This document shows positions 58,542 through 64,000 of a stretch of DNA of 64,000 bases, in pieces; position 1 is the stretch's first letter; the number at the start of each line of letters is the position of its first letter. The stretch lies in IMG/VR virus record IMGVR_UViG_3300027986_000009. The stretch is one strand, 5' to 3'. Source of the stretch: an uncultured virus (IMG/VR IMGVR_UViG_3300027986_000009) (taxonomy: Duplodnaviria > Heunggongvirae > Uroviricota > Caudoviricetes). The notes beneath the pieces are model-generated. The model searched no databases. It was given only the letters and a program-made list of their open reading frames with translations, and was not told the origin of the DNA. The translations under genes and the position numbers were made by a program.

Positions 58542-59215
58542 GTGTTCTGCCCGTAGAGAACAGAACTAGCGGCGAGAGCCTTGAATGCGCAACCGATCGT
58601 CTGCCAGGCGCCTTCGGCGGGCGGCGTCGTGATGGTGACCGATCCGGTTCCTGTTTTGATTTGGTACTGAGCTAGATCGATGATCTGGTCGTCGAAGAGC
58701 AGAAGGAAGCCGGTGCCTGGGGTGCTTCCACCCGCTCCTCCACCAGGTCCCGCAACGCTTGTCCACCCGAGGACGAGGCCCCCTGGAGACGTCGTCGTCA
58801 CCGAGACGGTAGGTGTCGAGCTCGCGCTCGCAGACGCGAATTGAACATCATCGAGAGGATCTGAATCTTTTTGTATCCCGGCCCACTGCGAGACGTGCAT
58901 CGAGTTGCAGACGGGGGAACCCGCCCCGGTTGCGGTCATGCTCACTTCGTTGCCGGAGGCCGAAGCGAGCGAATTGAAGACGTACCAAACCGCCGTCGTG
59001 TAGAGCTGGAAGACGGAAAAAACCTTCGCCGCGTGCCACGTGTTGCCGGCTGTATCGGTGGGCGTATTGAACGAGCTGCTACTGTTCCAGGTGGCACCGA
59101 CGCAGATGAGAAGGCTCCCCTCTGCGATCGGTTCGGTGAACGTCTGAACCTGCGTGGTCGGTGTGTTCTGCGACGCTCCCGCCGATCCGAAGCTTTGTAC
59201 GAGCGAAATCGACAT
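58538..59215 (-). CDS. Putative virion fibre/decoration protein
   Basis: S/T/G-rich beta protein (TDTAGNTW). Confidence 0.7.
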   Translation of the reverse strand: MSISLVQSFGSAGASQNTPTTQVQTFTEPIAEGSLLICVGATWNSSSSFNTPTDTAGNTWHAAKVFSVFQLYTTAVWYVFNSLASASGNEVSMTATGAGSPVCNSMHVSQWAGIQKDSDPLDDVQFASASASSTPTVSVTTTSPGGLVLGWTSVAGPGGGAGGSTPGTGFLLLFDDQIIDLAQYQIKTGTGSVTITTPPAEGAWQTIGCAFKALAASSVLYGQNT

Positions 59216-59224
59216 GGGCCACCA

Positions 59225-59968
59225 TCACGCATTGATCCCGTAGAAGATGGGATCGAGCGGCGTCGTCGATGCGCTTGCCTTGAGGACAGAAGGTGACAGT
59301 CTGGGCGAGTAACGCCATGGCACATTCGGCCGAGAGCTCCCGTTGGCGAGCGTGCCGTTGACCGACCAGCGGGTGCCGGAGATGGGATCGCGTGGTCCCG
59401 AAGGTGCATCGCTCAAGGGCAGCATTCCAATCGCGCCCGGCCATAGAGGAGAGCGCTGACGTGCCTGCAGGACGATCTCGCGTGACGTGAGCACTCGGCT
59501 GTAGACGATCATGTCGGCGATTTGCCCATTGAACGCATCGGTGACGGTTGCCTGAAAGTTGCCGCAACAAAGTGTGTTGCTCGTGGCGTCGCTGGCCGCC
59601 GCGCAAGATCCCTGAAACGTGACGTTCCCTGAGGATGTGCCCGAGTAGCCCGCGGTCAGGGTGGCACTGCTTGTGACGGCGATGTACGTCCACTGGTTGT
59701 CTACGAGCGCGTTACTGAACGCTTGTACGTTGACCGCGTTCGATACTTCGGGCGTGCTCGAGAATCCGGGAAGCGAGAGCTGGACGTTGTTGCTTCCCAA
59801 ATCGGTGACGCGCCAGATGTACGTTCCGGCACCCACGAACACCTTGAGGTTGACCCAGCAGATGATCGTGAAATTGAGCTGTGTGAGCCGGGGACCCGTC
59901 CACGACAAGGCGGCTGCCGTGGAGGTGCTGAAATCGACCGATCCGCCGTATTGCCCCAGATCGAGCAT
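59225..59968 (-). CDS. LamG / concanavalin A-like lectin domain protein
   Basis: FTIICWV, QWTYIAVT, FNGQIADMIVYSRVLT. Confidence 0.85.
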   Translation of the reverse strand: MLDLGQYGGSVDFSTSTAAALSWTGPRLTQLNFTIICWVNLKVFVGAGTYIWRVTDLGSNNVQLSLPGFSSTPEVSNAVNVQAFSNALVDNQWTYIAVTSSATLTAGYSGTSSGNVTFQGSCAAASDATSNTLCCGNFQATVTDAFNGQIADMIVYSRVLTSREIVLQARQRSPLWPGAIGMLPLSDAPSGPRDPISGTRWSVNGTLANGSSRPNVPWRYSPRLSPSVLKASASTTPLDPIFYGINA

Positions 59969-60448
59969 TCAGACGATCTGTGGGTTGAGCGGCTGGTAGT
60001 TGAATAGAAAATTTCCGGCGGTCGCGTCGAGGGCTGCGCCGGTGTTGTTGAAGAGGATGATACCCCACTTCTGGTACTGCATGAGCGACCCAACCACACT
60101 CGTCACGTCGATGACGCGCGGATCGGGGGTCTGCGCGTTGGCCGAGACGTAGACGGTGTCGAGGAGGACGAGATTGCTCTGCAGGACGGGCGTGAAGCTC
60201 GCGTTGCTTCCCGAAGCGCCGGAGCTGAAGTTGGTCCCGTCGTAACCGTAGAAGTAGAGGCTCGCGGTGCCGGTGGCCGAAACGCCGGAGGCCCCCGTCT
60301 TGATCTTCCACAAAAGAAATGCGGCCCACATGAGCGTGGACGTGTTGTCAATTGAGGCGCTCTGCTGGTAGCTTCCGTTGCCGAGGCTCGCCGCCGTGAT
60401 CGTGAAGGCGGTCGTAGAGCCGTAGAGGGGTTTGACGGTGGAAGACAT
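59969..60448 (-). CDS. Putative structural beta-sandwich protein
   Basis: Composition and context. Confidence 0.7.
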   Translation of the reverse strand: MSSTVKPLYGSTTAFTITAASLGNGSYQQSASIDNTSTLMWAAFLLWKIKTGASGVSATGTASLYFYGYDGTNFSSGASGSNASFTPVLQSNLVLLDTVYVSANAQTPDPRVIDVTSVVGSLMQYQKWGIILFNNTGAALDATAGNFLFNYQPLNPQIV

Positions 60449-60449
60449 T

Positions 60450-60788
60450 TTACGTCACCGACCACAAATGCACGCTTACGAGCTCATCTCCTGGCTCAGC
60501 AACATTTCCACCGATCTGCACCTTCACGGCCTTGATGTTCGAATCAGGCCATGCGGCGAGATATGCGACGCACGCTCGGACGGCGCTCTCGATCTGTGCA
60601 TCGTAGCGAGCAGGCACATGCGCCGGCCGAGCCGGCGCGGAGGGGTTGCCCGGAGCCAGCCTCGACTTTTCCAGGTAGTCCTGCTCGGCTGACCTTCGCT
60701 CTGCATGTTGGGCGCTGAGTATCGCGCGCAGGCTTTTCTCGAAGTTGGGACCCACTTCGATGCGGTCGATGGTGTATGCGTAGCTCAT
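60450..60788 (-). CDS. Hypothetical protein
   Basis: ORF in operon. Confidence 0.6.
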   Translation of the reverse strand: MSYAYTIDRIEVGPNFEKSLRAILSAQHAERRSAEQDYLEKSRLAPGNPSAPARPAHVPARYDAQIESAVRACVAYLAAWPDSNIKAVKVQIGGNVAEPGDELVSVHLWSVT

Positions 60789-60792
60789 GGTT

Positions 60793-61197
60793 TCACCCGA
60801 AATTGAGGCCGTAGGACGCGTAGTAGTTGGTCCCGTTGTAGTAGATGCTCACGATATCGACGGCCGCAGCGGCGGTCGAGAGCACGGGTGCCGCGCTGCC
60901 CACCCATTTCACGGTCGCAGGCCACGCCACAGTGCGCGTCCCGGTGCCGTCTTGGATCAGGCGCAAGACGAAGTTTCCTGGACCGTTGGGCGCCGTGAAG
61001 GTGAACGTGCAGTTGGCGGTGAGTGTGATTTTCTGCTTCTGCCCGGCGAGGAAGCTGATGGTCGCGGCGGCTCCGGAGTTACCGTTATCGAATTCGGCGT
61101 TGTAGGTCACCGTCTTCGATCCGAGGATGTTGAAATTCTCGGCGTTCAGGTCGTTGATGAGACCGAAGAGGGCTTGGAAGAAGTTGGCGAGGGCCAT
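60793..61197 (-). CDS. Fibre-knob domain protein, paralog of N-domain of 57267..58541
   Basis: ITLTANCT...LRL.QDGTG.RTV.WP...KW. Confidence 0.85.
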   Translation of the reverse strand: MALANFFQALFGLINDLNAENFNILGSKTVTYNAEFDNGNSGAAATISFLAGQKQKITLTANCTFTFTAPNGPGNFVLRLIQDGTGTRTVAWPATVKWVGSAAPVLSTAAAAVDIVSIYYNGTNYYASYGLNFG

Positions 61198-61198
61198 C

Positions 61199-62758
<1,560 letters not shown>

Positions 62759-63334
62759 TTAGAACTGCTCGGTCACTTCGATTTGACAGCCGTGCTGCTG
62801 GATCACCAGCAGCGTCGAAGCGTCACCGAGCCCCACGGCGTTGAACTGCACTGGCGTGCCGACGGGAAAGATCACCGGCGCCGCGAGGTTGTAGTATTCG
62901 ACGATGATCCCCCACGGCATCGAGGCGATCGACTCACCACCCGACGATGGGCAGAGCATCTGCGGGATCTGATAGTCAGTCGGCGTCGCGGCGCCACCAT
63001 GACTCATGCTCATCGTGAAGAGATGGCCGTTGGTGGCGTCCGTGTTTGTCACGACGCCGGTGATGCGAACCGCAAGCTTACCGGTCAGTTTAGGCGTGAT
63101 CGTGGCGCTGGCGATGATCTTGTTCGCTGCCGTCAGCGTGACGGGGGAGGCGCTCGCTTGCTCACCCCATGCGCTTGCCAGGAGGCCCCTGAGAGCTGCA
63201 CCACCACCACCATTGGGCAGGAAGAAGAGGGAGCGCCTGTCCGCGCCGGGCCCGATGGGGTAGCTGCCTTTCAAGCGGTCACCTCTCCGTGGGGAGTCAC
63301 GGATCAGTGTACGCGCATGGGCTCCCACCCACAA
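62759..63334 (-). CDS. Putative structural protein (start uncertain)
   Basis: Beta-rich, abuts collagen gene. Confidence 0.6.
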   Translation of the reverse strand: MWVGAHARTLIRDSPRRGDRLKGSYPIGPGADRRSLFFLPNGGGGAALRGLLASAWGEQASASPVTLTAANKIIASATITPKLTGKLAVRITGVVTNTDATNGHLFTMSMSHGGAATPTDYQIPQMLCPSSGGESIASMPWGIIVEYYNLAAPVIFPVGTPVQFNAVGLGDASTLLVIQQHGCQIEVTEQF

Positions 63335-63364
63335 CCTGACCGATTGACGATAGGTTACGCTGGC

Positions 63365-64000
63365 TTACGGTTTCCGTAGCTGAGCATTGACACGCGCCGG
63401 GTCGAAAAACGCCAGATGGGCGCTCGCATCGTTCACGCCGTAGCTCGCCACCAAGCGTTCGCCGTCGCGCGCCAGGCCGGCGCAGAACTCAATCCCCACG
63501 TGCTGAAAGTAGAAGGGATCGCTGATGGCTTCGACGTGGAAGTCCTTGGTGAATTTGACGAATCGATGCAGGTACACGCGCTCGGGGCGCCAGGCGACCT
63601 CGTGGGTCAGGCAGAGCCAGCCGTCGTCGTGGGGAATGACTTGAGAGCCGCCGCGGAGGTCTTTGAGGCACACCGGTGCGGGCTGCCGCGAGAGTTCGGC
63701 CGTCTTCTCGCCGTCGTGGGCGATACGAATGGTGGGGTCACACAAGTAAATGAAATGTCTAGGCCATCCGACGATCGGCATCCAATTCTTTTCGGTCGGA
63801 CCTCGGTCCCGGATGGGTGTGAGAGTTGAGATTTCGAAGTCCTCATCGAGATCGGCGATCACCATCTCGCAGTTGCCGTTGGGGTTGTCGGCCAGATCGC
63901 GCACGGTAGCGGAAATGATAAGCCCAAATTCTGGTGAGTGCCAGAGTCGGCAGTCCTCGAAGCCTTCGACGGGGAAGGAGCTGCGAGGCAAATCCGTCTT
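63365..64000 (-). CDS. C-terminal beta-propeller-like domain of a probable glycosyltransferase-associated protein (truncated by window end)
   Basis: GFEDCRL, EKNWMP, LRGGSQ, YLHRFV, IEFCAGL, SYGVND. Confidence 0.7.
   Translation of the reverse strand, partial: KTDLPRSSFPVEGFEDCRLWHSPEFGLIISATVRDLADNPNGNCEMVIADLDEDFEISTLTPIRDRGPTEKNWMPIVGWPRHFIYLCDPTIRIAHDGEKTAELSRQPAPVCLKDLRGGSQVIPHDDGWLCLTHEVAWRPERVYLHRFVKFTKDFHVEAISDPFYFQHVGIEFCAGLARDGERLVASYGVNDASAHLAFFDPARVNAQLRKP

Overview
High-GC window from a large, probably temperate or plasmid-like bacterial virus; I see no host housekeeping genes. (1) At 1-3400 is a minus-strand array of small early-type genes, including an Ocr-like acidic protein and a pentapeptide-repeat protein. 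Most genes are preceded by a repeated ECF-like motif, TGAAT(A/T)-N15/16-CGTC, whose TGA is also the stop codon of the previous gene. (2) A divergent Cre-like tyrosine recombinase follows, with a candidate crossover site and an IHF-like site. (3) About 6-30 kb is a virion module with no recognisable terminase, portal, HK97 capsid or tail genes. It has a putative major capsid protein, a protamine-like Arg-rich membrane protein, many membrane-anchored proteins, PG-binding and lytic transglycosylase domains, a transglutaminase-like protein, GroES and a giant G-X-T collagen fibre, which suggests a tailless internal-membrane virion. (4) About 32-54 kb covers DNA metabolism: JAB/RadC, MT-A70 methylase, SSB, Sak4-like ATPase, a circularly permuted Cas4/AddB-like nuclease, ParB, DEDDh exonuclease, SF2 helicase, VRR-NUC, HNH and an AEP primase-DnaB helicase with embedded iterons. 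A tRNA-like ncRNA also lies here. (5) At 55-64 kb are lysis genes, a sugar epimerase and a second fibre module. All family calls come from motif recognition by eye, not database searches.
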